A DNA stretch of 64,000 nucleotides, from contig OZ251223.1 in assembly GCA_965240325.2 (NCBI GenBank), forward strand, positions 1,860,001 through 1,924,000, read 5' to 3'. Positions 47,001 through 58,484 of the stretch are shown here, piece after piece. Both the position numbers and the translations under genes were made by a program. Below the pieces are notes generated by a model that saw only the letters and a program-made list of their open reading frames with translations, was not told the DNA's origin and made no database searches. The stretch is from Rebecca billardiae RCC1528. Its lineage: Eukaryota; Protista; Haptophyta. Each line of letters begins with the position of its first letter. Within the stretch, counting starts at the first letter, position 1.

Positions 47001-50000
47001 CTTCGCGTGGACGGTCGTGAGCGCGGGCGGCGGCAGCGACGAGCCGCCGCCGCCGCCGCTCGCGTCAGTGTCCGGCACGGCTTCGAATGCGTCGTACTTC
47101 TCGCTCGCGCCCGCTCAGCTCGGCCTGGCCGCGGGCGAGTACGACGTCCGCCTCGCCGTCTCGAGTGCGGACGGGCGCGCGGCCACGGCCAGCGTGCGGC
47201 TCACGCTCGTGCCGGGCGCTGTGCCGCAGCTTGCGCTGGCGCTCGGTGGGGACGGGCGCGGGAAGTACAACGAGGCTTGGGACTCGCCCGGCGAGTCCAT
47301 CTCGGTGCTCGCGACGCCGGACATCGGCGTGCCCGCGGCCGAGGCCGCTGACGAGCCCGCCCTCGCGTACCGCTGGAGCGTCGCCGAGATGGTCGACGGC
47401 GTGGCCGCGCCCGCGCGCCGCGCCGACGGCCGCCCGCTCGACCTCGCAGACGCGCGCACGGCCACGACGACGGGCGACGCGAAGCGCGCTCTCGTCTTCC
47501 GGCCGGGCGTGCTCGTCCCCGGGGTGACGTACGCGCTCACGCTCGAGGTGACGGGCGCCGCGAATCCCGCCGTCTCGCGCCTCGTTGTCGTGATGAATCG
47601 CCCTCCGTATGGCGGCACCCTCGTGGTGTCGCCCGCCGCGGCGCGCGCGTTCGAAAACGTCGCGCTGATCGCGGCCGGCTGGACGGACGACGAGGCTGAG
47701 GATCTGCCGCTGCGGTACGCGTTCGGGTACGTGCGGGCAGGCACAGCGGCCCAGCAGCAGCTCACAGCCGCGTCCTCGCTCGAGCCCACCGCCTCCGCCG
47801 TGCTGCCCGAGGGCGAGCACAACGCGACGCTCGCCGTGACCGACCAGTTTGGCGGCGTGGCGAGGGCGAGCGCGCGCGCGCGCGTGCTGCCGCTGCCGCC
47901 GGCCAACCGCACAGCGGAGGCGGCGGACAGGCAGGTGAGCGCGGCGCAGAGCGCGCTCGACGAGGGCGATGTCAACCTTGCGCTGCAGCTCGTCGTCGCC
48001 GTCGCAGATGCCATGCTGCCCGCCGTCACCGCGGCCAACGCCACCGACGCGCGCGCCCTCACCGCCAGCCTGTTGTCACTCACAGCAGCGCTCGCAGCCG
48101 CTGGCGTGGCTGAGCTCGACGGCGGGCGGGCGGCGTTGTCGAATGCGGTCGGCTCGGCGCTCGCCGAGCCACGCGCGCTCTCCGCCGACTCGCAGCTCGA
48201 CGGCCTCGCGCAGCTCGCCGCCCTCGTCGAGGGCGCGCCGTCGGCAGTCGGCATTGACGAGACGACCTCTGTCAATGTCGGCCGCGGCATCGACTCGGTC
48301 CTCGTCGCAGCCGCTCCCGGCGGCGGCGACGGCGGCACCCCGCCGAGCGCGGGGGCAGCGCTGGCGATAGACGAGGCAGTGCGGGGCTCCGCACGCACGC
48401 TCTCCGACGGGCTGCTCCTCGGTGTGCTCCCGGGCGAGCGCGCGCGCGACTTTGTCGGCGAGCGGCTGAGCCTGAGCTCGGCGCGAGAGTTTGCCGCCTC
48501 GGTCGAGAACTCGACCGTCGATGTGGCCGGCGGGCGCGGCACGGTGAGCCTACCGGTGGGCGTGCTCGGCGGCAGCTCGGTGAGCGGCGACGCGGTGGAT
48601 GTGCAGCTCGTGCTGCTCCAGCGCAACGTGCACGACGACCCGCGAGACCGCCCGGGCGACCTTGCCGTCGCGCGCGGCGGCGGCGGCATCCAGTACGGCC
48701 TGGGCGAGCAGCGCGCGCTCTACTCGCCGCTCTTCGGCGTGACGCTCGTGGACGCGCGGTCGCGCGCGCCGTTGTGGATTCGCGGGCTGTCGACGTCGAT
48801 CACCATCACCATCCCGCTGCTCGGCGTGGACGAGCTGCCGTCGCTCGGCGACTCGCCGCGCGCCACCGGCGTGTGCGCGGACGCGAGCGAGTGCGCGCCG
48901 CCCGGCGACGAGCCGCGCGGCAGCTGCATCGCGCCGCCGGAAGTCAACGCCTCCGCTGGCGACAGCGGAGGCGGCGGCGGCGGTGCATGCGAGTGCAACG
49001 CGGGCTTTGCGGGGGCGGCGTGCGACGAGCTGCAGACCTGCCACTTCTGGAACGAGACCTCGCGCCGCTGGTCCTCCGAAGGCTGCCGCGCCGTCGGCGT
49101 GAGCGCGGGCGCGCTCGTGTGCGCGTGCGACCACCTCACCGACTTCGTCGCCCTCGGCGTCGCGATCGAGAGCGTCGCGGCGGGCGAGGACTCCGGCGAG
49201 GTCGCGGTGAACCGAATCGAGACTGAGGGCTTCGAGGGCGAGTCGCCGAGCGGCGTGGTCCAGGAGGTGGCCGGGCGGCTTGCGGCCAACTTTTGGGGCG
49301 TGGTCGTCGTGTGCGTCGTGCTCGGGCCGATGCTGCTGCTGCTCCTCGTCGCGCACCGCGTCGACCTGCAGATCGAGCGGCAGCCGTCGGTGCCGCAGTG
49401 GAAGCTGCGCGCGGCAAAGTCCATCTGGTGGCGCGCGGGGGCGCACATGCTCACGCGCTCGACGCTCACCTCGTGGCTCACGCGGCTGCCGGGCGACCCG
49501 GTGAGCGCGAAGATGCGCGTGCTGACGCTGATGAACGTGACGCTGGTCGAGCTCTTCGTGATGGCGCTCTTCATCGGCCAGGCGGAGGACCTCTCCGCGA
49601 CGCAGCTGATCGTGAGCGTGGCGGTGGGCATCGCGTCGGGCTACCCGTACGAGGCCTTCTTCCTCGAGCGGCTGCTCGAGTGGAGCGTGCGCAGGCGCGG
49701 GCTGCTCGAGGAGCGGCCGGACGGCGTCGACCCGGCGGACGCGCACACGCGCCGCGCCGCGCTGCGCATGGCGGAGGTGATCGAGCCGACGAGCGCAGCG
49801 AGCGGCGCGGCCGCCGCGGCGGCGGCAGCACGGGGCGCGGTGCAGGGCACGGCCCACGCCGCGGCGCACGACGCGCACCTCGACCGGCACCGCGCCCACC
49901 AGCCCAAGGGCAGCGAGACAGACAGTAGCGAGCCCGTCGCGCACAAGGTGCGGTACGTGCGGCCTCAGAACGTCAAGCTGATCGAGGCGGACGCGACGGC

Positions 50001-51513
50001 GGCCGACGAGACGGCGGGGGAGGAGACCATTGGCACGCCCTCGCCTCCGCCCTCGCCGAGCGCGCAGCCCTCACCCATGCCTCTGCCCCGGCCCCAGTCC
50101 CTCGGAGTGATGGCCTACCTCGGGGGCGGCCCCACTGAGGCGCACCCGCCGTCGCCCAGCCCGCGGCCCTTGCCCTTGCCTCGGCCGCAGTCGCTCGGCG
50201 GGATGGCCCACCTCGGCGGCGCCTCCGCCGCGTCGCCGGTCGTGCCGCGCCGCGCGGCGGATTCGGGCGCGCGTGACAGTAGTGGCGCGGGGGCGAAGCC
50301 GCGCGCGCGCGTGCGCCGCGCGAGCTCGGTGATTGATCTGGGCCTTGACCTGGGCCTGACGATGGTCAGCGACGCCGACCTGCCGCCGGGCGCGATGGCG
50401 GTGAGCATGCCCGACCAGGCGCTCATCTCCATCCCGACGAACGAGGGGCAGATCGTCGGCTTCTTCGTCGCGCGCACGTGGCACGAGACCGTGATCAAGA
50501 CGGTGATCCCTCCGCCCAACAGGCCGTCCATCCTCTCCGAGATGGCGGGCGTGCGGCTCCACTTTGACCGCGGGCAGCACGAGCTGCTGGAGGAGGCGCA
50601 CCGCACGCTCGACTTCCACGACGGCGTGCCCGACGTGCGCTTCGTGCAGGCCGAGCGCGTGTACCGCCGCAACCCGATCCCTGCGGAAGAGGCGCAGCGC
50701 ACGTACGGCATCGTCAGCATGCGCACACACGCGCGGCGCGGCTCAATGACGGCCGGAGGTGCGGCCAACAGGGCGCGTCGGGGCAGCCTGACGGCCGGCC
50801 TGGGGCTCGGAGGAGACAAGGAGAGCGTGCCGATGGTCAAGATGGTGCAGGTCGTGCACCTCACCAGCCCGTACATCGACGGCCGCCAGATCCTGCCCGC
50901 CGACGTGATCGCGCAGTCCAACGTGGCCGCTGTCGCCGCCCTCGAGGCGTACAACCTGGGGTCCGCCCACGCGCACAGCCACCGCCACCGCCGCGGGCAC
51001 GGGCGCGCCGCGGACGCCGAGCTCGGCAAGGCCGAAGCAGCGGCCGCGGGGATGGGTGCAGCGGGCGCGAGCGCGCACGCCGAGCCGGTGACACGGCATC
51101 GCGTGCACGAGCGCGTGCGCCTCACGCGCTCCGAGCTGGAGCACGCGCAGTGGTGGTCGAACAAGCCGAAGAGGTGGAAGCTGCGGACGGCGACCACGGT
51201 GAACGTGCTCCTCATCTGCGCCGTGGCGTGCCTGCTGCTCGCCTTCTCCATCCTCGGCGGCGCGGGCGTGCGTGACCCCGACCTGTGGCGGCAGGAGATC
51301 CTGGTCGCGTGGCTCATCGAGCTCGGGTTCAAGCTCGCGCTCATCGAGCCGGGCGTCGTGCTCGCGCGGCTGATCATCGACCTCTTTGTGAGGACGTGCG
51401 TGCCAGAGGCGTACCGCGACTGGGCGATCGAGGTGTTCGTCGAGCCGTTCCTCCACCAGCTGCGCAAGCCGAAGAAGCTCCTCAGAGATATCCTCGGCTT
51501 CGACTTGTGCTAG
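38010..51513 (+). CDS. Giant polycystin-1/REJ-like GPS receptor, paralogue 2; join(38010..38537,38666..39943,40063..51513), 4418 aa
   Basis: Same signal peptide as paralogue 1. Two homologous phase-0 GT-AG introns. Variant propeller A', propeller A, two tandem fibrinogen-like modules (459-bp period), (SPPP)n, REJ, EGF, GPS (49039-49146) and 5 TM. Confidence 0.9.
41884..44481 (+). repeat. Coding 12-bp minisatellite encoding (SPPP)n, ~865 aa
   Basis: As in paralogue 1, but with a different block arrangement, including SPPPPPPP units. Confidence 0.95.
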
Positions 51514-52283
51514 CTGGGCGTGCCCTGCTGCACGCGCGTCAACACGACGGCGCCGTGGGCCGGGTATGCGCACGCGCACACCGCCGAGTGTGGCGGGGTG
51601 ATTCGCGAATACCAGGTATGAAACGCGTGGTGGGCTTGCCACGTTCTGATGAAGATCTGCTCCCCCACCCGCTCCCGCGCTCCACCGCGCGCAGACGCTT
51701 GCGCAGCAGGGTTGTGTTTGCAAGGCTCTCGAGCAGCAACGTCGGCGCAGCGGCAATCGGGTGCCTCGTCACCGGGGCTGTGTGCTTGTTGCCGACATCA
51801 CTCATCGTCAGTCGAGGCGCCCTCACGCATCATGATGCTGAGGAGTCTGTTGACTACTGCTGTATCATACTGTCATCGTCAATTGTCAGCAGCGCGCAGT
51901 CAAAGCCGCAGCAACTAGCGCGCACCCTGCGCTGCTGCCTGCTGGAGGAGGTTGAGGAGTCGTGCCAACAGCTCTAAAGGGGTACGCATTTCAGCTACAG
52001 ATCCAGCGTGATGTACCCCTTTCCCCTATTTAGAGCGTGGAACGCCCTAGCTTCAATTATAACATATATTTTCATTAATGAAGGTATCCCCTTATTGCAC
52101 ATATTTATTTATCGGATGACAAGTAGAACGTATTTATTATATATACGTATATATACTTTTATTGTATGGCGGGCCGTTGATATATTTTTAAAAAAACAAA
52201 GCGCTGCTGTAGTAGCCTCTGCTAGTTTATATATACGTGCATATTTGGAATATTTACTTTTTAATATTATACTCACAGTAATG

Positions 52284-52432
52284 AGAATATAGAGAATAGT
52301 TGAGAATGATGAGAATAATTGAGAATAATTAGAACAAGTTCGAATGTAATAATTGATCAGTTAATGATAATATGAGAAAAATGAGAAAATGAGAAAATGA
52401 GAAAATGGGAAAATGAGAATATTGAGAATAAT
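52284..52432 (+). repeat. AT-rich (tgagaata/tgagaaaa)n microsatellite in the left arm of the element
   Basis: Repeated tgagaataat and tgagaaaa units. Confidence 0.8.
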
Positions 52433-52600
52433 ACAGCAATGATGGAATATTCAGATTGACGATAGCGACGAGCACGCGCGTGACGCGCGCGTGTTCATTT
52501 GCGAGAGAAATGCGTTTCGATTGCGGCGGTTGCTCAGTAAAATGGTTACACAGTAGAGCAACTCACGTGCGCGCAAGCCGATCGTTCGCCAGGTAGCAGC

Positions 52601-53790
52601 CCGATATTTTCGGCGGGAATTTAAACTGATAATGCATCCTCGCAGTTTCTCAGCGCGGATTTGAGGCTTGCAAAAAGACAGCGGCTATTTTCGGCGGGAT
52701 TTTCTAGCAGTGCCTATGCTCCCGCTCATTTCCGGTGACTTCTGGACTGGCAGTAGTGCTCCGATATTTTCGGCGGGAATTTAAACTGATAATGCATCCG
52801 CTCAGTTTCTCAGCGCGGATTTGAGGCTTGCAAAAAGACAGCGGCTATTTTCGGCGGGATTTTCTAGCAGTGCCTATGCTCCCGCTCATTTCCGGAGACT
52901 TCTGGACTGGCAGTAGTGCTCCGATATTTTCGGCGGGAATTCAATCTATGAATGCATCCGCTCAGTTTCTCATCGCGAATCTGAAGCCGACAGACAGGCA
53001 GCAACTATTTTCGGCGGGATTTTCTAGCAGAGCCTATGGTCCCGCTCATTTTCCGGAGACTTTTGGACTGGCAGCAGTGCTCCGATATTTTCGGCGGGAA
53101 TTCAAACTATGAATGCATCCGCTCAGTTTCTCAGCGCGATTCTAAAGCCGACAGACAGGCAGCAACTATTTTCGGCGGGATTTTCTAGCAGAGTCTATGG
53201 TCCCGCTCATTTTCCGGAGACTTTTGGACTGGCAGCAGTGCTCCGATATTTTCGGCGGGAATTCAAACTATGAATGCATCCGCTCAGTTTCTCAGCGCGA
53301 TTCTAAAGCCGGCAGAAAGGCAGCAAGTATTTCCGGCGGGATTTTCTAGCAGAGCCTATGCTCCCGCTCATTTTCCAGAGACTTTTGGACTGGCAGCAGT
53401 GCTGAAATATTTTTGGCGGGAATTCAAACTAAGAATGCATTCGCTCAGTTTCTCAGCGCGAATCTGAAGCCGGCAGAAAGGCAGCAACTATTCTCGGCGG
53501 GATGTTCGGGATTTTCTAGCAGTGCCTATGCTCCCGCTCATTTTCCGGAGACGTTTGGACTGGCAGCAGTGCTCCGATATTTTCGGCGGGAGTTCAAACT
53601 AAGAATGCATCCGCTCATTTTCTCAGCGCGAATCTGAAGCCGGCAGAAAGGCAGCAACTATTCTCGGCGGGATTTTCGGGATTTTCTAGCAGTGCCTATG
53701 CTCCCGCTCGTCATTTTCCGGAGACTTTTGGACCTGCAGCCGTGCTCCGATATTTTCGGCGGGAATTGTGCTGATGATGCATCCGCTCGT
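52601..53790 (+). repeat. ~160-bp satellite x ~7 (dimer of ~80-bp monomers)
   Basis: ccgatattttcggcgggaat at 52601, 52761, 52921, 53082, 53243 and onward. Each unit has two ttttcggcggga and two ccgctca motifs. Confidence 0.92.
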
Positions 53791-53820
53791 TCTCAGCACT
53801 GATTTGCTCATCGCACCTCT

Positions 53821-55580
53821 GCTTTGGCATCGTCCAGGCTCAGGTTACATGGTTTTGCGGGCACGAGGTAACCACACCTGGGCCACCGCGCCAGCCAGCT
53901 CGAGTGCTGCTGCTCGGCGCATCGCCTCGGCTTTGGCATCCGGGCTCAGGTTACATGGTTTTGCGGACACGAGGTAACCACACCTGGGCCACCGCGCCAG
54001 CCCGCTGGACTGCTGCTGCTCGGCTCATCGCCTTGCGGCTTTGGCATCCGGGCTCAGGTTACATGGTTTTGCGGGCACGAGGTAACCGCACCTGGGCCAC
54101 CGCGCCAGCCAGCTCGAGTGCTGCCGCTCGGCTCACCGCCTCGGCTTTGGCATCCGGGCTCAGGTTACATGGTTTTGCGGGCACGAGGTAACCACACCTG
54201 GGCCACCGCGCCAGCCAGCTCGAGTGCTGCTGCTCGGCTCACCGCTTCGGCTTTGGCATCCGGGCTCAGGTTACATGGTTTTGCGGGCACGAGGTAACCG
54301 CACCTGGGCCACCGCGCCAGCCAGCTCGACTGCTGCTGCTCGGCTCACCGCCTCGGCTTTGGCATCCGGGCTCAGGTTACATGGTTTTGCGGGCACGAGG
54401 TAACCACACCTGGGCCACCGCGCCAGCCCGCTGGACTGCTGCTGCTCGGCTCATGGCCTGGCGGCTTTGGCATCGGGGCTCAGGTTACATGGTTTTGCGG
54501 ACACGAGGTGACCACACCTGGGCCACCGCGCCAGCCAGCTCGAGTGCTGCCGCTCGGCTCACCGCCTCGGCTTTGGCATCCGGGCTCAGGTTACATGGTT
54601 TTGCGGACACGAGGTAACCGCACCTGGGCCACCGCGCCAGCCAGCTCGAGTGCTGCCGCTCGGCTCACCGCCTCGGCTTTGGCATCCGGGCTCAGGTTAC
54701 ATGGTTTTGCGGGCACGAGGTAACCGCACCTGGACCACCGCGCCAGCCAGCTCGAGTGCTGCTGCTCGGCTCATCGCCTCGGCTTTGGCATCCGGGCTCA
54801 GGTTACATGGTTTTGTGGACACGAGGTAACCACACCTGGGCCACCGCGCCAGCCAGCTCGAGTGCTGCTGCTCGGCTCACCCGCCTCGGCTTTGGCATCC
54901 GGGCTCAGGTTACATGGTTTTGCGGGCACGAGGTAACCACACCTGGGCCACCGCGCCAGCCAGCTCGAGTGCTGCCGCTGGGCTCACCCGCCTCGGCTTT
55001 GGCATCCGGGCTCAGGTTACATGGTTTTGCGGACACGAGGTAACCACACCTGGGCCACCGCGCCAGCCAGCTCGAGTGCTGCTGCTCGGCTCATCGCCTC
55101 GGCTTTGCATCCGGGCTCAGGTTACATGGTTTTGCGGACACGAGGTAACCACACCTGGGCCACCGCGCCAGCCAGCTCGAGTGCTGCTGCTCGGCTCACC
55201 GCCTCGGCTTTGGCATCCGGGCTCAGGTTACATGGTTTTGCGGACACGAGGTAACCACACCTGGGCCACCGCGCCAGCCAGCTCGAGTGCTGCTGCTCGG
55301 CTCATCGCCTCGGCTTTGCATCCGGGCTCAGGTTACATGGTTTTGCGGACACGAGGTAACCGCACCTGGGCCACCGCGCCAGCCAGCTCGAGTGCTGCTG
55401 CTCGGCTCACCGCCTCGGCTTTGCATCCGGGCTCAGGTTACATGGTTTTGCTGGCACGAGGTAACCACACCTGGGCCACCGCGCTGAGCCAGCTCGAGTG
55501 CTGCTGCTCGGCTCATCGCCTGCTCTGCTTTGCCATCCAGGCTCAGGTTACATGGTTTTGGGGGCACGATGAGGTAACGC
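53821..55580 (+). repeat. ~106-bp satellite x17
   Basis: ggttacatggttttg occurs 17 times from 53843 to 55546 at 105-110-bp spacing. Confidence 0.95.
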
Positions 55581-55676
55581 TACTTTACACCGCCCGGGCC
55601 CGCACGTCAGCCAGTGCGGGCACCCGCTCACTCAGAACTTGGCTAAAATTAGATGGCACCGCATGAGTGATGGGCG

Positions 55677-56018
55677 GGGCGGTAGCACCGAGGAGCGGCG
55701 ATAGCACCGAGGAGCGGTAGCACCAAGCAGTGCAGGGGCGAACTGTTCAGCGCCGTAGCAAACAATATCTCGGCGTCGAGGTCTGGATGAACAACTCTGC
55801 GCTGCATGTGCGCTGGCGGTGGTCAAACCGTCGACTCATTGTGGGGGGGCTGCGCCCCCCCACACCCCCCCGCTCATTTCTAAATCACTCCTGGGGCGGT
55901 AGCACCGAGGAGCGGTAGCACCGAGGAGCGGTAGCACCAAGCAGTGCAGGGGCGAACTGTTCAGCGTCGTAGCAAACAATTTCTCGGCTTCGAGGTCTGG
56001 AACAGCTCTGCGCTGCAT
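55677..56018 (+). repeat. ~130-bp imperfect direct repeat with internal ggtagcaccgaggagc units
   Basis: 55677-55808 and 55894-56018. Confidence 0.8.
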
Positions 56019-57067
56019 ATGCGCGTGCGATTGCCTGAGCCTCGTACGTCGTAGCACCTCGTCTTCGATCACCGCGCGCCGAGCACGTCGGTGCAGTTTG
56101 CTCCGACCCGCAAAGGCCGGCGCATGCTCGAGACAAGCGATTCTCTCCGCATATGATTGCGCGGGAGCCATCGAGTACAACGCGGCCAAGTGACTGGAAG
56201 ATGCTTACTTGAGGGGCACTTATCGACGACGAGGTCGCCGCCAGCGCGGCCCAGGCATTCACCGTGAGGTGAACTGATGTCTATAGCTACTCCTAAGCCA
56301 CGCTGTCAGCCGTCAGTGATTGAATTGCCCTTGCTGTAGCGGCCCTGGCGCGCGCACTTGCGGGGCGGCGAGGTGCGCGGCGTCGCCATCCTGCCGCGTA
56401 AAAAGGTATGTAACCTGAAAACCTCTCGACCACGTAACTTGGGAGTTGGGAAGATTTGATCGGGCGACCCGGATAAAGCGCGCAGGCCGGATCAGATGGG
56501 CAAGCAAATGTGTATATATATATATGTAATGATGATGCGAATCTAATTGAATCCAAGACGGAAATGTACACGCTTGTCTCTGGGATACAGTAAGTGTTCT
56601 AATTGCGCCTGGAGTACTTTTCTGACGCGAATAATAAATGACGGCATTTATTATAATAATAATGATTATAATTATAATAATACGCAGTATTAATGTACCT
56701 ACCCCATATGTACAAAATCAAAACAACTACGCGAATAATACATGGTATTTGTAAAAAAAATTAACACTACGCAATGTAATATTTTTAAAACATTGTAATA
56801 TATGATCTGAAAAATACTACACCATATTTAATTCGGTTGCGATGTTTTTCTGCAGCACAGTAACCTGCTCGGGTTGCAGCAGCGCGGCGTGAGGGACAGG
56901 ATTACCCGTCTAATAAGTGTACATAGTAGAACACCTGCTATCGGGCCAATTGTGAATGCTGTATTTGGCACAACTCCTCAACCTCTACGCCTGCTGCCAT
57001 CATCACATGCATAGTAGAGCTAGAGACGACGACGTTGGCGAGCCGAGACCGGATACGGGATGATAGA

Positions 57068-57138
57068 TTTTTTAAAATTCCCCTCTATAACGGGCTCCGG
57101 GTGATCAGACTGGCGGCCGAAGCCTCCAGCCCTACCCT
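57068..57138 (-). mobile_element. 71-bp 5'-truncated retroposed fragment, TSD ATAGA
   Basis: Reverse complement of the 3' end of 57202-57385, with an A-rich tail. ataga at 57063-57067 and 57139-57143. Absent from other R copies. Confidence 0.65.
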
Positions 57139-57201
57139 ATAGAGCGCGCGTATTATAGAGAGAGCTCTGCTAGTAGCAGAGACTCCATCAGCATCGAGAG
57201 A

Positions 57202-57385
57202 CCCCCGCCCCCTCTGGAGGCGGGCTGTCCACAGTGGAGTGGTGTCAAGGCACTTGGTGTCTCGGTCAGTGGTTTGAGGTTGGGTGAGGGTGGTGGTTGG
57301 TTGGGGGCTGGCCAGGGTAGGGCTGGAGGCTTCGGCCGCCAGTCTGATCACCCGGAGCCCGTTATAAAGGCGGGGAATTTTAAAA
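57202..57385 (+). mobile_element. 184-bp SINE-like or truncated non-LTR insertion, TSD GAGAGA
   Basis: Ends in aattttaaaa. gagaga at 57196-57201 and 57386-57391. Absent from other R copies. Confidence 0.65.
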
Positions 57386-57768
57386 GAGAGAGGCGCGCGA
57401 TAGATCGATCATCGCGACGAGTAGCAGCAGTCAGCACATTGGACTCGATCATTATAGCAGATTTATTAGAGATCTAGTAGTAGTAGCTTACTAGCTACGA
57501 CTGCTACGACGACTAAGATAACGAGCGGCCGCCCGCGCCGTGCTGAGCCGCGTGCTACTGCCGCGGCAGCATTGCGGCTTCAGATTCTATGAGCCGATGG
57601 CATACACCGCCAGCTAGCTGCTCTATGAAGCCTGACGAGTAGCGCTGACGACGAGCTCAGAGCTATCGTGGCCTGCGCCACTGCCAGCAGCTTGAAGTGT
57701 GCTGCATGAAGACTGCCCGCCGCGTTGTCATCATCATTCGTCTGCAGCCGGCGATGCCTGCCTCGTGC

Positions 57769-58484
57769 TCCACCGCGCGCAGACGCTTGCGCAGCAGGAT
57801 TGTGTTTGCAAGGCTCTCGAGCAGCAACGTCGGCGCAGCAGCAACCGGGTGCCTCGTCACCGGGGCTGTGTGGTTATTGCCGACATCACTCATCGTCAGT
57901 CGAGGCGCCCCCACTCATCAATCTCATCATGATGCTGATGAGTCTGTTGACTATGCTGTATAATACTGTCAGTGTCGTCACTGATTTAGTCAGCATCATC
58001 AGCGCGGAGTCAAAGCCGCAAAGCGCGCACGCTGCGCTGCTGCCTGCTGCCATCACAATTCACATGCATGATTTATTGCATCGTCTAGAGAGACGACGAG
58101 AGACGATAGAGCGCGCGCAGAGAGCTACTACTGGCAGAGACTCATCATCGTCATCGAGAGAGAGTATAGAGGCGCGACGATAGATCGATCGCGACGAGTA
58201 TAGCAGTCAGCACATATTGCGCCATGATGTTTTAAGATCGAGATCTACGACGACTACGAGGCCCGCTGCTGAGCTGCTAGCGCCGAGCATTATTCTACTA
58301 TGAGCATTATACGTACTAGCTACACTCCAGCTAGCTGCTCTATGAAGCCTGACGAGTAGCGCTGACGACGAGCTCAGAGCTATCGTGGCCTGCGCCACTG
58401 CCAGCAGCTTGAAGTCTGCTGCATGAAGACTGCCCGCCGCGTTGTCATCATCATTCGTCTGCAGCCGGCGATGCCTGCCTCGTG
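57769..58484 (+). repeat. Unit R (~715 bp) including the last ~10 codons and stop of CWC22
   Basis: tcattcgtctgcagccggcgatgcctgcctcgtg occurs at ~57735-57768 and 58451-58484. Confidence 0.85.

Larger units (their letters stand above)
51945..56988. mobile_element. Non-autonomous TIR DNA transposon (5044 bp), 24-bp imperfect TIRs, 8-bp TSD GCCTGCTG
   Basis: Left end gaggaggttgaggagtcgtgccaa; right end reverse complement gtagaggttgaggagttgtgccaa (21/24). TSD at 51937-51944 and 56989-56996. The empty site (gctgcctgctgccatcac) is present at ~31820, ~34140 and ~58040. No transposase was seen. Confidence 0.9.
34166..58070 (+). repeat. Segmental tandem duplication, copy 2 (with later insertions)
   Basis: Colinear with 14613-34165 apart from head-module rearrangements and the 5-kb TIR element. 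The right boundary is approximate. Confidence 0.85.

Noticed and set aside
52601-55580. CRISPR array
   Set aside because: Whole units repeat with no unique spacers, there are no cas genes, and the context is eukaryotic.
55632-56262. Transposase in the TIR element
   Set aside because: Only short ORFs with no DDE or other recognisable motif.
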